This document shows, one piece after another, positions 23,836-36,805 of a DNA stretch of 64,000 bases (positions are counted from its first letter, which is position 1; the number at the start of each line of letters is the position of its first letter). Origin of the DNA: Trichosphaerium sp. ATCC 40318 (Eukaryota > Protista > Tubulinea); NCBI GenBank assembly GCA_038496445.1, contig JALMLS010000255.1, positions 248,001 through 312,000 on the forward strand, written 5' to 3'. A program made the position numbers and the translations under genes. The notes under the pieces were generated by a model that saw only the letters and a program-made list of their open reading frames with translations, ran no database searches and had not been told where the DNA came from.

Positions 23836-25951
23836 ATGCAAGTATTGTACAGAGGAAAATTAGCGTGTACAGCAACCCGTGTGGAGCGATGTGTTAGGTA
23901 CGGGACTGCGTCGGTAGCATTTACACGGTTTTTGAAAAAATTGTGACTACTTTTGTATTTCTTAATGTCAACTAAAACGTGTATACAGAACGCAACGCCC
24001 ACGCGATTGCTCAGTTCGTAAATACCGCACCTCTGCTTTTTTGCGTGCCCGAGACTATTACCAAATTCTTGGTGTGGATAGGAACGCGTCCAAGGATCAA
24101 TTAAAGAAGGCCTACCGTCAGATGGCCATGAAATATCACCCAGATAGAAACAAAGAACCTGAAGCACAAGATAAATTTAAAGAAGTGTCAGAGGCCTACA
24201 GCGTACTTTCAGACGAAAACAAGAAGCGTATGTACGATCAATTTGGTGAAGAAGGTGTACAGGGTATGGGTGGCGGTGGCGGTGGACCAGACGTTGATCC
24301 AGTACGCTTCTTTCTTTTTTTCTTTTTTTTGCAGGATTCTGACAACCCACAAAAATGTCCAAATATTCTTTTTGTACTTGCAATGAGCGCCACCTTCTGA
24401 TACATCTGTGAAATAGTCTGAACTCTTCTCTGAAATATTTGGACAGTTCGGAGGTGGGATGGGCGGCAACCCGTTCGGATTTGGAGGAATGGGCGGCGGG
24501 ATGGGCGGTGATCCCTTCGGTCAACAACGGAATGAGCCAACAAAAACTCCAGATTTGAACCACGAAATTGGTACGGCAGTCAACTGTTGCACGGTTTGTG
24601 TATTGTTTTGTTGCGCGAAGAAGAGTGTAGTTGCCCCAAAAATTATTCTTTTTTTTCAATTCATTGTTTGTTCCCACTAATTGATTTTGATTCAAGTCGT
24701 CACCTTGGAAGATGTTTACAAAGGCAAAGTTGTCAAAATGAGTTTTACACGTGACACGATATGCTCCGCTTGCGATGGGTGCGTGATTTATAGTTCTAGT
24801 GTTGTTATTTTGCATGTGTGTATCCAGTTAACAGTTTGATGTTGTAGTACTGGTTCGCGAACAAAGCAAAGACAGACTTGTCGTCAGTGTAATGGCAGAG
24901 GTGTTGTCATAGAGACGCAGCGCATGGGTGGTATGATACGCCAAGTTCAGAGTAATTGCCCAGCCTGTAGAGGTAGCGGTAAAGTAAATAACCCTGCTGA
25001 TACGTATGTTTCTTTTTTATTCAACTGTTACTTACCTCTCTCTACCTCGATTCCCAATACTATTTGTTTTGTTTTGTTTTCTTTCACAACCACACACTTT
25101 AAATAACAATCCAACTGTAGGTGCCGCACTTGTAACGGAGCTATGACGGTTAAACAAACAAAAGTGATTCCAGTCACCGTTGATAAAGGCATAGAATCAG
25201 GTGCAACACACGTCGCAAGGGGTATGGCGCACGAACGTCCCGGTTTGCGCTCTGGCGATATCAATTTTACAATCCGCGTAAAGGAGCACGCCGTATTCAT
25301 GCGCAAAGGTCTCGATTTGCTTGTCAGAAAACAAATTACATTGGCAGAAGCTCTTGGCGGCTATTCCTTTAACATACAACACCTCGATGGCCGTACGTTG
25401 AAGGTAGAGCCACCTGCTGGTGGAAAGGTTGTGCAGCCAGGAGAGTTTAAATACATTCACGGCGAGGTACGGGTCACCTTAAAATAGGCTTTTCTAACGC
25501 GTCGTTAGGGCCTTCCAAACAACCACGGCAAAAGAGGAAATCTACACATTGAATTCAGTATTGAGTTCCCTAAAGGTCCATTTTTATCAGAGCAAGTCGT
25601 ATCGGTACGTCACCAACTGTTTTAAGACAAATTGATTGCTGTATGTGGTATCATCACATGCCATGACTCTATCCCTTTTATTTTGTTGTTGTGCTTATTG
25701 TTCTGGTTTCTAACGTTGTATAACAGCAATTCGCAAACACTGTCGGCATGACGTACAACAAATCCGCACAAGCCAACCAAGGAACACCTGTAGCGTGCCA
25801 GGATATGCCTCCTGGTCACAGAATCTCTGTTTCCGATTTTCTACCCAAGGCAAAGAAGGAGAATACTGGGAACACAGGTAAAAAGAAGAGGAGACGCGCA
25901 AGGGGTCCAGGCCCAGAGGATGGTCAAGACGTTCAGTGCGCACAGATGTAA
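23836..25951 (+). CDS. Type I DnaJ (DnaJA) co-chaperone with N-terminal extension and CaaX
   Basis: J domain with HPD, G/F region, four CxxCxGxG-type repeats, DnaJ_C, C-terminal CAQM. Nearest in-frame ATG is via an intron at 23836. Confidence 0.93.
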
Positions 25952-26047
25952 CTCGTGTAATAATATTATTCTATTTGTCAGTGTGATCCATGTGATCAAC
26001 ATAAAATACAGGGCAAATTGTATTCACCAAAAAGTGACAAATGTTAT

Positions 26048-29000
26048 TTATTCTACTCCAAAAAGAACATACTGAACAAAGAAGTTCCAACAGTCAGGTA
26101 CAGACCTAGGCCAACGTGTCAATTCTTTCTGTGACATGCAGTGGACACCATCTGTGCCATCACGCGTACCTAGCAACGTTGATAAGAACTCTGACGATGC
26201 TTCAAAACCCAACAGTTTTATAGGTTCTCTAGTCTCCCTTTGCCAAAGCGTTAACGTGATAAAAAGGAATGCTGCGCACTTGATGTTGTATTGCAAATGT
26301 GTTAAAAACTCTGAGAGCCTCAAATCCTGCTTGCTATCAATGGTGTTAGTTTACAGGTCAAACTTTGAGTTACCACTTTGATTGGGGTTCGTCTTCCCAC
26401 ATGCTCTCCTGGGTGTACAGTTCTAACTGCACCTTTGCTAACTTGCCAATGTATTCATCCTCTGCAGCGTTGATAGTGGATGCCTACTCAATATAAACGC
26501 TTAACCGAGCTTTGAATTGGGTTGAGGTGGATTGCGTACTTGCCTGAACGAAAGTTAGCAAGTAGTTGATAAAAAAAATCACGTGTCCCGTGCGTACCAA
26601 ATGATGACAGCGAAGAGCAAAAACACTATTGTAACGGCTGTAGTTCTTAGACATTAGTGAGGTGTTAAGCTGTCTACGAACGTGCCTGTTGTTGACTGTA
26701 TTATAAGGTAGTGCGTGCTCGGTAGCACTGTAAACAATTCACTTGAAGTAATAGTTAGGTGTACGGCATTAACATTGGGGATGTTGAGTACCTGATAATC
26801 ACGAACATCATTAAGAAAATGTGTGGCACGCATATCACGACCTAAACGCATTGTAAGCGATTCAAAGTATGATAAACAACGCTATTTCTTGACGTGCGAT
26901 TGTTGCTGCTGTTTCTCGATCCAGTTTTTCCTGCCTATGACTCGGGTTGGCATAAAAGTTCAATGCCTATTTTTGTGCAAAAAAAAGATTTTATAGCGTT
27001 GTATAAAACGGTACCAGATGCCGTGAATCCCTTGACGAAGTACATTCCACATGTTCAGGTTCTATTTTTGTGTTGGTGTGTAATGCAGGAGTGGTGTCAG
27101 GCGCACCTTTGGATCTCGTATGTTGAGGCGTGGGAATTTTGCTTTGTCCCAGCCATCTATGTTACTCTTGTTGCCTTCAACCAGTTTAGAAAGCCAGCTT
27201 CGCTCGTGGTTTCCAAAAGCACTTCTATTATCTTCTACCATCTCACGCACACCCTGAGACAACAATCAGTTACGAATACCTGTGATCACGTGTTGGGAGG
27301 GCTTACCGGTTTTGTATCGATACTCATGAAAATCGCTATGACTCTGCGGTACTGTCCAAGCACAGTTGTTATCATCGCTAATTTACCTAATAGGTCTAGA
27401 TATGGGTCAGGCGGGTTTATTAGTAATTGTGGTGTGGTGGGGCTTACACGTGTATCCAGCCGTCGTGCAAACGATGCCTATTCCCGCATTAGTGCCTCTT
27501 TATAAATGAAAAAGAAGGACGCTGTGTACCAACTAATGTGATGACTCTGCCAAGTACAGAAGAACCCAAGAATGGTTTGCCCTAAATCACCTTTTTAGAA
27601 ACAGTTGCTTTGTACCATTTTTGGTATGTCTTAGACAACCACACACCTCCAAGTACCGACTAAAAAACATGAGAAAGTGAATGTTTTGGAGCTTTTGTAC
27701 CTTCCAGCAGGTATACAAGCAAATAAGAGTGAAAGTACAAACGCCTGTAGTAGCAAGTAAGTCATGAGCATAAAAACACTTCTTTGTTTGTTTCTGTCAT
27801 CGTCATTGTTTTGGCCGCAAGCAATTGCGTACAGTTGAGTAGTTGCGTATGTATGCAAGTAGAAATCCACTCTGTCGGACAGCTATAGCTTCCATGCTTT
27901 GGTACAGTTTCCATCCGTCAGTCTCATTTTCGAGCTGTTTTTCGATTTGGTTAACAAACGTTTCAATAGTTGTTACCCCCTCTTGGGATTTCTAATTACG
28001 TCCAAAATTTACCGTACCACGTGAAATTCACTCTCCTTCAGATTGGTGCCAAGCGTGATAGATACAGTAGAAGAAAGCTTATCTTCCCCAGCGTATTGCG
28101 CTTTGGGAGCGGTGAAGAAGTTGAGGGTGGGTATGTATCGCCTGCACGTGGGTGTCAGTCAAATTGAAACAAAAATGCTGTTTCATCTCACCAGTCGTAG
28201 CTTTGCAATTTAGCTTCCCACTCTTCTCTGTTAGCGTAAGGATAAAAGTCTAGTACAAATATTTAGCAGTTGTGGCAAACACATTAAAGTTACAAACCAT
28301 TTTCTTCATAGTACTTGGAGCAAGCCAAAACTGTCACACACAATACGAACAAGACGAGAGGTTGTATTGCCTCAGATGCGTGTGTTTCTATGCCTTTCCC
28401 AATTATAGAGTACAGGATGATATTGGCAACAGGCGGTGCCGCTGTGATTGCCCTAACATGGTCCGTCAAGGTTAGTTTATCACCAAAGCACACGAGTCTA
28501 TGCTGGTGCCGCGACTTTCTTACCACAATAATACCACCAATGGCCACCACTTTGACACGCCCAAGCAATACTAGTAGTGTGTTTTTTGGCAATCTTATGG
28601 CAAAAGAACAGGATGAAAAAAAGTACATACCCTGAGTTTGGGCCTCCATCCCGCCTCAGCATTTAGGTTTGCCTCAATACACGGCCAAATAAAAGGAGCA
28701 AGCAAAATCTGGAAGAAGAGCTGCACAAATATAACAAAAGAGCTTCTAGAGGCCTGCTCTTTTTGCGCACTGACAACCAGTTGGATTGAATCAAAAAATA
28801 ACAATGGAAAAAAAAAAACCATAAATAATAAATTTGAACTTACTTCTTGTAGTCAATGTACGTGGACCGTCTGTAACTGGAAAGATTGAGCGCGTTCGAA
28901 AACTTATCAAGAACTATAGAGCACATGGTGAGTATGACGGTGTGAGGAGATATGTACCAAAGACTGGAAAAGATACAAGCTTGTGAGCACCTACAAACGT

Positions 29001-30771
29001 GCTGTGCTTATACGTTTCATCAGGATCTGGCCGTGGCACATATGCTTCCGTATATCTCTATTACAATTAAGATTGCCTGTATAGATCATTCTTTGTTTAA
29101 GTTACCTGGAGGCAAATGTCTGTGGACAACCCTTGAGAACTGTGTTCCAATTTTAAATTCCGTGGACCAGCGGATATGAGTTGCTTGACAAATATGCATT
29201 AGAAACGCCAATGTAGATATGTGTACTCTTTCTAGGCGAGTCATGGATTCTTTAAGCTCTGCAGGAACACTACATGGATAGAGAGTAAATTTTTGCGATG
29301 ATTGCGAGGTATGGAGGAGCGTGCCTCATTGCCACTGGTATATCTTCGCTAGCGAAAGTAATTAATCAGCAAATGATACATGGAAATACAAATCTTGTTT
29401 GCTACGTACTCCCATGCATGTATGGATGCGGGCGCTGTACCCTTGCTTACTAAACAATCCGGGAGGTTGAACACTAGACAAAAAAAGATTTGACTTAGCA
29501 ACTACCCAAAACCATCCGTGCCTTACCCCACTTGGCCTACAATTCGTAGTGTTAGCAATTAGTCCTTATTAATAACACGTGCGTACCACGTGCTTTTTAG
29601 AATCTTTTTTGTGTAGAGAAATCTCGAGTCTGCCTTTGATCGCGTACAGAGGAATCACTGCCTACACAAATATGTCAAAACAAGGTCCGTACCATCGTAT
29701 TGTATGTACGTTAAAGACCGACCGGTTGGTAGCAAGGTCAGTCTTATCCTTAGTTAACTTAGCGACCTAAACATATGTGATGAGACCTTTCCACTGCCTA
29801 TTTTTTTGTTGACCTGAGTGTTAACGCGTTGGTCATTGTACTTTATGTCAAAGTACACGAGATCATCACTGATTAGCATGTTATTCTGTGCTAACAGTTC
29901 ATGCACTTCTAGTACATAGAATGGTTTTATAACAGAAAGGACTTTAGTCCAACACTACAACTTGTGAGGGCGAGCTCTATACTTAAAATCATGATGTATG
30001 TAGACGTGCCTCAGACCACGTCTTTGTTGCTTGTTTTGGGGTCCTGTTTGAGTCAGAAATTAGTTTGTACTGTTGACACATGAACAGTTACCAATTTTTG
30101 GTGTGGTTCTTCTTCGCGCTCGCTATAATGCACGACAACACCTGAGCAAAATCCTTCGCCGACAAGAGACTAACGTCGATGTAATCAAAGAGCGCTATAT
30201 ACATATCTATTAAAATAAGAGTGACATTATACTGACAGACGTGAAAACCACTTGGAGTTGTTCATCTTTGAGACGTCTTTTACATCCTGCAGAAACAAAA
30301 CTCAGAAATAAATCATGTTGCAATTTCACAGATACCTCATTGCTCTGTTTGGTTTGCTTCAAGCAAGCTGCACCTAGATCTTCAAGGCCTTGTAGCAGCT
30401 CGAACTTGGTAAGATTCCCGCTACACCAGCATTAACAATGCTGTTACTGCACTTTCGTGTACCTAGCGTCGCCGTCGCAATCATCAAACAAGACCTGCAT
30501 GTCCAGCTCTGAAAAATATTAGAACCCTACTCACGCGCCGTTTTTATTTCTTTTGGGTACGTGTGAGCTTGTTGTTGTATGCGTTTTCCGTCGACGACTT
30601 GTCTGTCGAGTTGTACGATGATACAGTGGCATTGATGCTAAACGTAATGTTAAACTACGCGATTTGGTTTCTACTGCCCCGCGAGGCGTTTCGACGAGGT
30701 AATCCTCGGTTTCTGTACCCATCACGTGTTTTGCTTAACAGCGGCGTTGAAGCGTTCAACTTGTCGGCCAT
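26048..30771 (-). CDS. Large EF-hand-containing multi-pass membrane protein, unknown function (possibly two genes)
   Basis: EF-hand DDCDGDASGNLTKFEL near the N-terminus. Many short exons. Several hydrophobic segments between 26.1 and 28.9 kb. Confidence 0.5.
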
Positions 30772-30880
30772 TACTTCTGGTGGCGAAGATGTTAACACTT
30801 GTATTCAAAAAAACGGTATCTGGCTATGCGTGACTTAGTACGTTCCTTCCTGCACTTGATCCCAAAAAAAAAAAAGTTGA

Positions 30881-31411
30881 CTGCTTCGATGTGCCTTTAA
30901 TCATTTGTTTCTGACGTTGGCGCTATTTGCGGTAGTATGTGTGAGTTTACCAACCATTGGTAACCACTAAACACTTGAATTTTTACAATAATCGGGCCTA
31001 GGTTACAATGTAAATGCCATGAACCTGCAACCTGGAAACACTCAGGTACTCGAATTCGAGTGCCCTTTCGTACCTAAAATTGATGCTAGGTCCTACAATA
31101 CACCATTGACATTTCAGTGCGTCGCTAGAGCGTGCTCAAAGTTTTACTGCTAGCGCATTAAATCTGTTTGTTAGCCTCAGCTCATGAGATTTCCTGGCGG
31201 CACAGTTGGCATGTACTGGGACTGGTACACCTTCCTACCGCTTGCAAATGAGCTAACACATCTCTAGGAGCAGTGGATGGCTGAATGTATCAAATCCTTG
31301 GACTTTGAAGCACTATCCAGGCAAGCTTCTACTCTCACCACAGGCATGCTTTAGCGGTGTACATGACTAGTTACTATTAAGGCGCAGACCAGAAACATCA
31401 CCCTACATTAA
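30881..31411 (+). CDS. Small multi-exon, probably secreted protein absent from the ORF track
   Basis: Six short exons splice in frame: LLRCAFNHLFLTLALFAVVCYNVNAMNLQPGNTQVLQYTIDISPQLMRFPGGTVGMYWDWSSGWLNVSNPWTLKHYPVTIKAQTRNITLH*. Start codon unclear. Confidence 0.45.
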
Positions 31412-31813
31412 CGCTTTCTGAATGGAAGCAGTTTTTAGTGTAGCCAATACTGAATTTGGGCACGACAGGTTATGCTCTTGATACAACAAAAATCGGTTCT
31501 TCACCAGAATTTTTATATTTGCAATTGAGCCGTGGACGTTTTTTGGTAGTGCAACACCACCCCTGCAAAAATCGGGAAAGGTGTCAGGTCAAAAATTGAT
31601 TTTGCCTCCGACTCCATGACCTCGTTGACTCGGTTCACTGTCAGCGGCTACCACGACAGATAAACAATAAACGCAGAATCCTCACTACCTTGTTGTCTTT
31701 TTTAGAGGCACTAAGGAGGTATGGAAGGCATAGGCTATTTGTAAAAGATTATTTACTGAGCGAGTAGTTGGATACACAAATTGTAAAAAAAAAACCAAAA
31801 AGTTCACTTGGAA

Positions 31814-32579
31814 CTAAGCGGTAGGTGCCGTTGGCACCATTGGAGGCATTGTCGTTGGCGCCATTGGAGGCATCATCGTTGGTACTAGTGTAGTTGGAAC
31901 CACTGGTGCCAGTGTTGGAGGGAGTGTAGTTGCAGTTGGTGGCGCACCAGAAGGTGAGGAGTTATTCTAAAACCATGTTAACATGTGGTAGTGTTTGATT
32001 TGCACATTTTCAACTAAAACTTTTACAATGTCACGCACATTCTTTTTCTTAAAGGCGCCTAACTGCCAGGCAATGATAAAGCCGGCGACGACAACAATTA
32101 TACAACAAATGACCGAAATGATGGCAATCAACTTCCTACGACTAGCTTGATACTTTGACGCTTGCTTCAGTTCCTTCCTCGCCTCGTTAACGCTATGCGC
32201 GTGCGTTAAGTAACTTTCTCGTTAGTTTGGGAATGGTACCTTGTATCTGCCTTCTCGACGTGTGTTTCTACTTGTTCTAGTTCCTCTCCTTGTTCAACTA
32301 CCTAAAACGGCTGCTTAGACACATAGCGCAAAGTATAATCTTACCAAGTCTTGTACATCATCCATCACATCCTTTAGGTCGCGTAAATCGCGTTCTAATT
32401 TAAATTGAGTACAAATAGCGCTGAACATGGGTAAAGCATATGCGTTCGTGTCATAACACCCAGAGCAACGCTAGAGTACCTAAATTGAGCAAATCTAGAT
32501 TTCGTTCATTGATGATAGCCTCGTCCGCGTTTTCTTCCAATAGAGGCTCTTGTAGTTGGGCAAATCTATCTTCACTCAT
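31814..32579 (-). CDS. Short syntaxin-like Qa-SNARE with luminal Pro/Thr tail
   Basis: IINERNLDLLNLERDLRDLKDVMDDVQDLVVEQGEELEQVETHVEKA...ELKQASKYQ, then a TM helix, then PPTATTLPPTLAPVVPTT. Confidence 0.88.
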
Positions 32580-32788
32580 TGTGTTGGCGTTTATGGAAAA
32601 TATTGTTTAATGTTCAAAAAACGCGAAATTTCAGCTATCGATTTAATACTAATGCGTACAGAAACCGCACGAACATGGAGAATTAAGACGTGTTTAGACA
32701 TAGAACTGGGAAGGAGAAAATGTTTTTTTATGATACAAGGGAAAGCGCGAGACGATGAGAATTGTGTCTAAAGTACAAGCTATCTAGT

Positions 32789-34274
32789 TTAAAAGTTGAC
32801 CAAAGAGATTCTGGCAACAGCTCCAAATCGATTATCCGAGTATTTTGTGCGAATAGTTTTAAGGCCAGACTTCTGGATCTTGTGTAAGATGGTGTTCAAG
32901 TCGCCAACGCAATCCATAAGATCTGTGTCTTGCAGTTTTGTATAGTGTTCCAAAGTGCGTGTCTAAACAATCCAAAAATGATAAGTACTTGGAGGTTGCA
33001 TTCACTTTCAGGTAAAAACGAACGTACCCAAGCAGGATGCACATCGAGCATTGTTCGCGCAACATATACGGCAGAAGCGGCCCACACAGAAGGAGGGTAC
33101 TTGTCAAATTTGAGGTCAAGAAGAGGAAGTTCAATCAAGTACTTGGACAACGTATGTGTTCGCCAATCTAAAACATACATGTTAGCAACGTCATCATTAT
33201 TCACATGTTTGCAAAAGCGTGGTACCTGACATGGCTGCTTTGCTGAACCGACGGAGAAAGTGAATTGCGGTAGGTACAGTAAGATTAAATTTGAGCTGAT
33301 TTAATATACTGCATTCCATCGTTAGTATTTGCTCCTTAGTGTACGCTCTAAAAAGTAATTGCAAGTTAGCCTTAGGGTTTTACTAGTAAACAAAAAAAAA
33401 GGTATCTGCGTACTTGTCGGATATGTAGACAAAGTCATCACACTCTGGAGGATAGATCTCCTCGTATTTAGCGGCTATAAGCATGGAGGTTACAGCAACC
33501 AATTGAAGTTTGCCTCTGGCAATAGGTCTGGCTTGCAAGAAACGGTCCATGATATTGACTGTTAAAAACAACGTCTCCGGCAATAGCTTGAACTTTAGGT
33601 GGACTGCGACTGCCCAATCAACAAGGATGGCACGCATGCGCTCGTTGATGTCTGGCTGGTTCTTCATGTACGTTGGATCAATAGGGGCACAATTCTAAAG
33701 GCCGAATCAATAAGAGAAAACGAAAAGGAGTTGGTGAGATGCAAATGACAACCAACCTCACGAGCAAACAACACTTCATAGATTTCGTCTACGTATCCTG
33801 TCACAGCTTGAGGATCGTCGCCATCGGTGCAGTCAATGTTTTGATGACGTGGTTGGGGCTTGTCTATGACCATAGGCGACAGTGGTACTAATTCAGCCTA
33901 AACACTCTTAGCACGTACGAAGCATTGACGCAGCGTACCTGAGAAGGTTTGTTGTACGCATTGTTTGGTTTTTTGGAAATTCTTTGTGGTTTTGCTCCTG
34001 GCCATGCATTTATTAGCCGTTTTTTTCCGGCGGGCTTCTTAACCTTAGAGTCTGTTAGATATGGTAGGGTCCGGGGTTGTTTGGCGCGTAACGGGCCGAA
34101 ATGTATTTGTACCTTATCTTTGAAGTTGTGAGTTTGCCCTCTGAATGTATTGGTGATGTTAGAGAACGGCGCATTTGTATTTTTGCGCGTAGGGTTCGTA
34201 GAGTGGCAAATTTCGCGGTCTGAAAGTTGCTGGTTTTGCTGCTGGAAGGGTGCCCTATTGCGTATGCCGTACAT
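32789..34274 (-). CDS. B-type cyclin
   Basis: [12 protein letters not shown] cyclin box, [48 protein letters not shown]. Confidence 0.95.
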
Positions 34275-34467
34275 AGTTGAGATATGTCAAAAAGAAGAAG
34301 ATGCGAGCTTAGAAGTGTAACGGTAAAGTTGGTTTATCAAATTTAAACTGTTAAGGCAACCAATGCGTAAACCGTCGGTGCTTAATGCGTAGTGCGCCCA
34401 CGGAGGTCCCTTACCAATACTAAGGCTGTATATTGGTGCTGTTCCCTTTCAGTAAATATTCAAAACA

Positions 34468-35274
34468 ATGTCTGAGCAATCCGCTGCTACGCGACAGAGT
34501 GACAATAGTGAGCTACGTACAAGCGTTATAAAACTATTAAAGTACGCGAGTGGTGAGGTAGTACCGACGTTTAAACTCGAGGCTCGAGCTTCTGAGATAT
34601 CTGGTGCTGGACAAGGAGTGTTTTTATCGTCTGGAAGCGCAAATAAGGGAGATGTCATAACTTTGTACCCTGGTGTAGTTTATAGCCCTACAGACATGCT
34701 TTTCATGCATCAAAAGGTGTGTCCAAGCAACAGTTATCTTATTTCGAGGCGTAGAGACAAAATAGTGATTGACGGCAATACACAAGGTAAGTTGTCCAAA
34801 TACTCTTCCAAAGTCTCGTCATTGTGGTTAAAGGGGATTCATTACGCATCTTTTCAATGGTGACAGCACGAGAAAATGCGTATATGAAATCGGTTGGATT
34901 GGGCAGTATTCAACAACACCCTTGGGCTATCGGCCACTTGGTTAATCATTCATCTCAAAACGCTAACGTGGAGGCTGTTGATTGCGACTTTGAGGTAAAA
35001 ATAGCCACCTTGTAGCTACTTGACACGTGCCGTTGTAGGGCATTGACGATAATCTAAAACAGTACATACCAAACGTGACATTTCAAGCAGTAAATCCGAG
35101 CCAAAGGTAAGTGCACTTGAACCACCCAACATTAACCAAAGTAGAGCGACTAAATGGATACCAAGTATAGTGTTTGTAGCCACTAGAGCAATAGCTTTAG
35201 GTGAAGAGGTGCTACTGGATTACCACTTTTCATCCAGCGACAAAAAACAACTGCCTGACTGGTATACCACGTAG
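34468..35274 (+). CDS. SET-domain protein, SETD9-like
   Basis: SEISGAGQGVF, LYPGVVY, VIDGN, AIGHLVNHS, FVATRAIALGEEVLLDY. Confidence 0.85.
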
Positions 35275-35429
35275 TAGCGACCCTCATTTGAGCGTGTGTT
35301 AAGGACAAAACTTGTAAATAACATGGCTTCTCAGTCTGGTGTTAGTTGTTGCACGGCGCTCATTTTTTGAGCGGTTAAATGTTAAGTGTACCAGACATGA
35401 CTTGACAACTGTCAAAACATTGTAAAACA

Positions 35430-36625
35430 ATGCTCCGTAGCGCTAGGTATTGTAGAGGGCGCTCTAACCGCTTAGTGGTAAACGAAAGCCAAGTGTTTGA
35501 GGCTGTTGCGCGTTCATTGGGCGTTAAAACGCTCGATGGCTGCTACGATCTAACTGCTGGCGATCTAAAGACTGCTGGTGCCAAAAAGCTACTGTACAAG
35601 TAAGTATAATTCGTTAAACTGTTTGTACGCATTATTTTCAGGTACAATGACTCTATATCGACGACACTCAAGAGTGTGTACCCGCACTACACATGGGAAC
35701 ATTGTAAATTCAAGTAAGGCTCCAAACGTCGCTACGACAACTAATGCGCTTAGATGGGTTCCAAAAGGCCATTGGGATGCAGTGTCAAATCAAAGGGCGG
35801 AGTTGAATGACATGAGCGCAAAATTAAACGTAAAAACGCTGGACGACTGGTACACGGTTACGTGGCGGCAGGTTATGCGGCTTGGTGGTGGTGGCTTACT
35901 AAAGAGGTGCACATAACGCCAAGGTGCTGACAGCTCAAGTTTTGTCGTAGGCACCGCTCGTCACTGCATAAGACACTTGTTGCGTTGCATCCATCTCACA
36001 ACTGGGATACTCTACGATTCAAGTACGTACAGATTGCTAGCTGGGGTGCACTAACCGCCACTAAAGTCGACCAAAGCGATTTTGGCACGATGAAGACAAC
36101 GCCTTGGTGTTCCTCAAACGCGTCGAATCTAATCTCGGCATCGCTCATCCGAAATCCTGGTATTGCAATCCAAAATATGTGCATTTTTACGCTTACAGTT
36201 TGCGAATAGGACTCAAGTATCACACGAACAACTTGCACGATTGGGTGGTCGTGGTGTAGTGCCTCATGTTTGGGCGTATCTAGGGGCAATGTACCCGTTT
36301 TATTCGTTTCCACCACGCCCACCCAGAGCCTCTAAACGAGCGGAGCAGATGTATGTAATGTAGATTTGTATGACGCCTTGGTTAATGTTTTATTTTTAGT
36401 CTGTTGCGGCGTCTTCTTTCAAACACTTTTACCAAAACGTGATTGATTAACGGCTATGTATTTGACAACGCCAAAGAGAAGAACAAATCAAAATGACTGA
36501 ACCTACCAGGTTACCCGAACAGCGCATCCGGTTAGCAGCCTTTAGTGAAGTGCGCCCCAACACGGACATGGGTATGTTATTTTATACTCTTGTCAATCCT
36601 CTACCTTTTCTCGTTGACAGATTAG
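35430..36625 (+). CDS. LDDWY-type repeat protein, paralog 1 (3 repeats, no nuclease domain)
   Basis: Repeats such as WVPKGHWDAVSNQR...LNVKTLDDWYTV...GGGGLLKRHRSSLHKTLVALHPSHNW. Confidence 0.75.
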
Positions 36626-36805
36626 TATTAGCCCTGATGGATGATATGGCCAGTAGGTGTAGCTCAGACGATAGTTAATTGCATCAGTCAATTTGCGTTG
36701 CTGTCGCGATTAGCAGTGGGAATATACTTTATTGACACGCGGATTTGACATTACAGCCGCCACTACTGTTTAATCCCACCAAGAGTTATGTACCTTGTTG
36801 AACAA

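Noticed and set aside
27470-27500. Stop-codon reassignment suggested by apparent in-frame TAG/TAA
   Set aside because: The cases examined resolve as intron 3' ends. Conserved genes end in TAA, TAG and TGA normally.
24177-27505. Long antisense ORFs (24177-24815 minus; 26894-27505 plus)
   Set aside because: They overlap spliced genes on the opposite strand and lack protein-like motifs.
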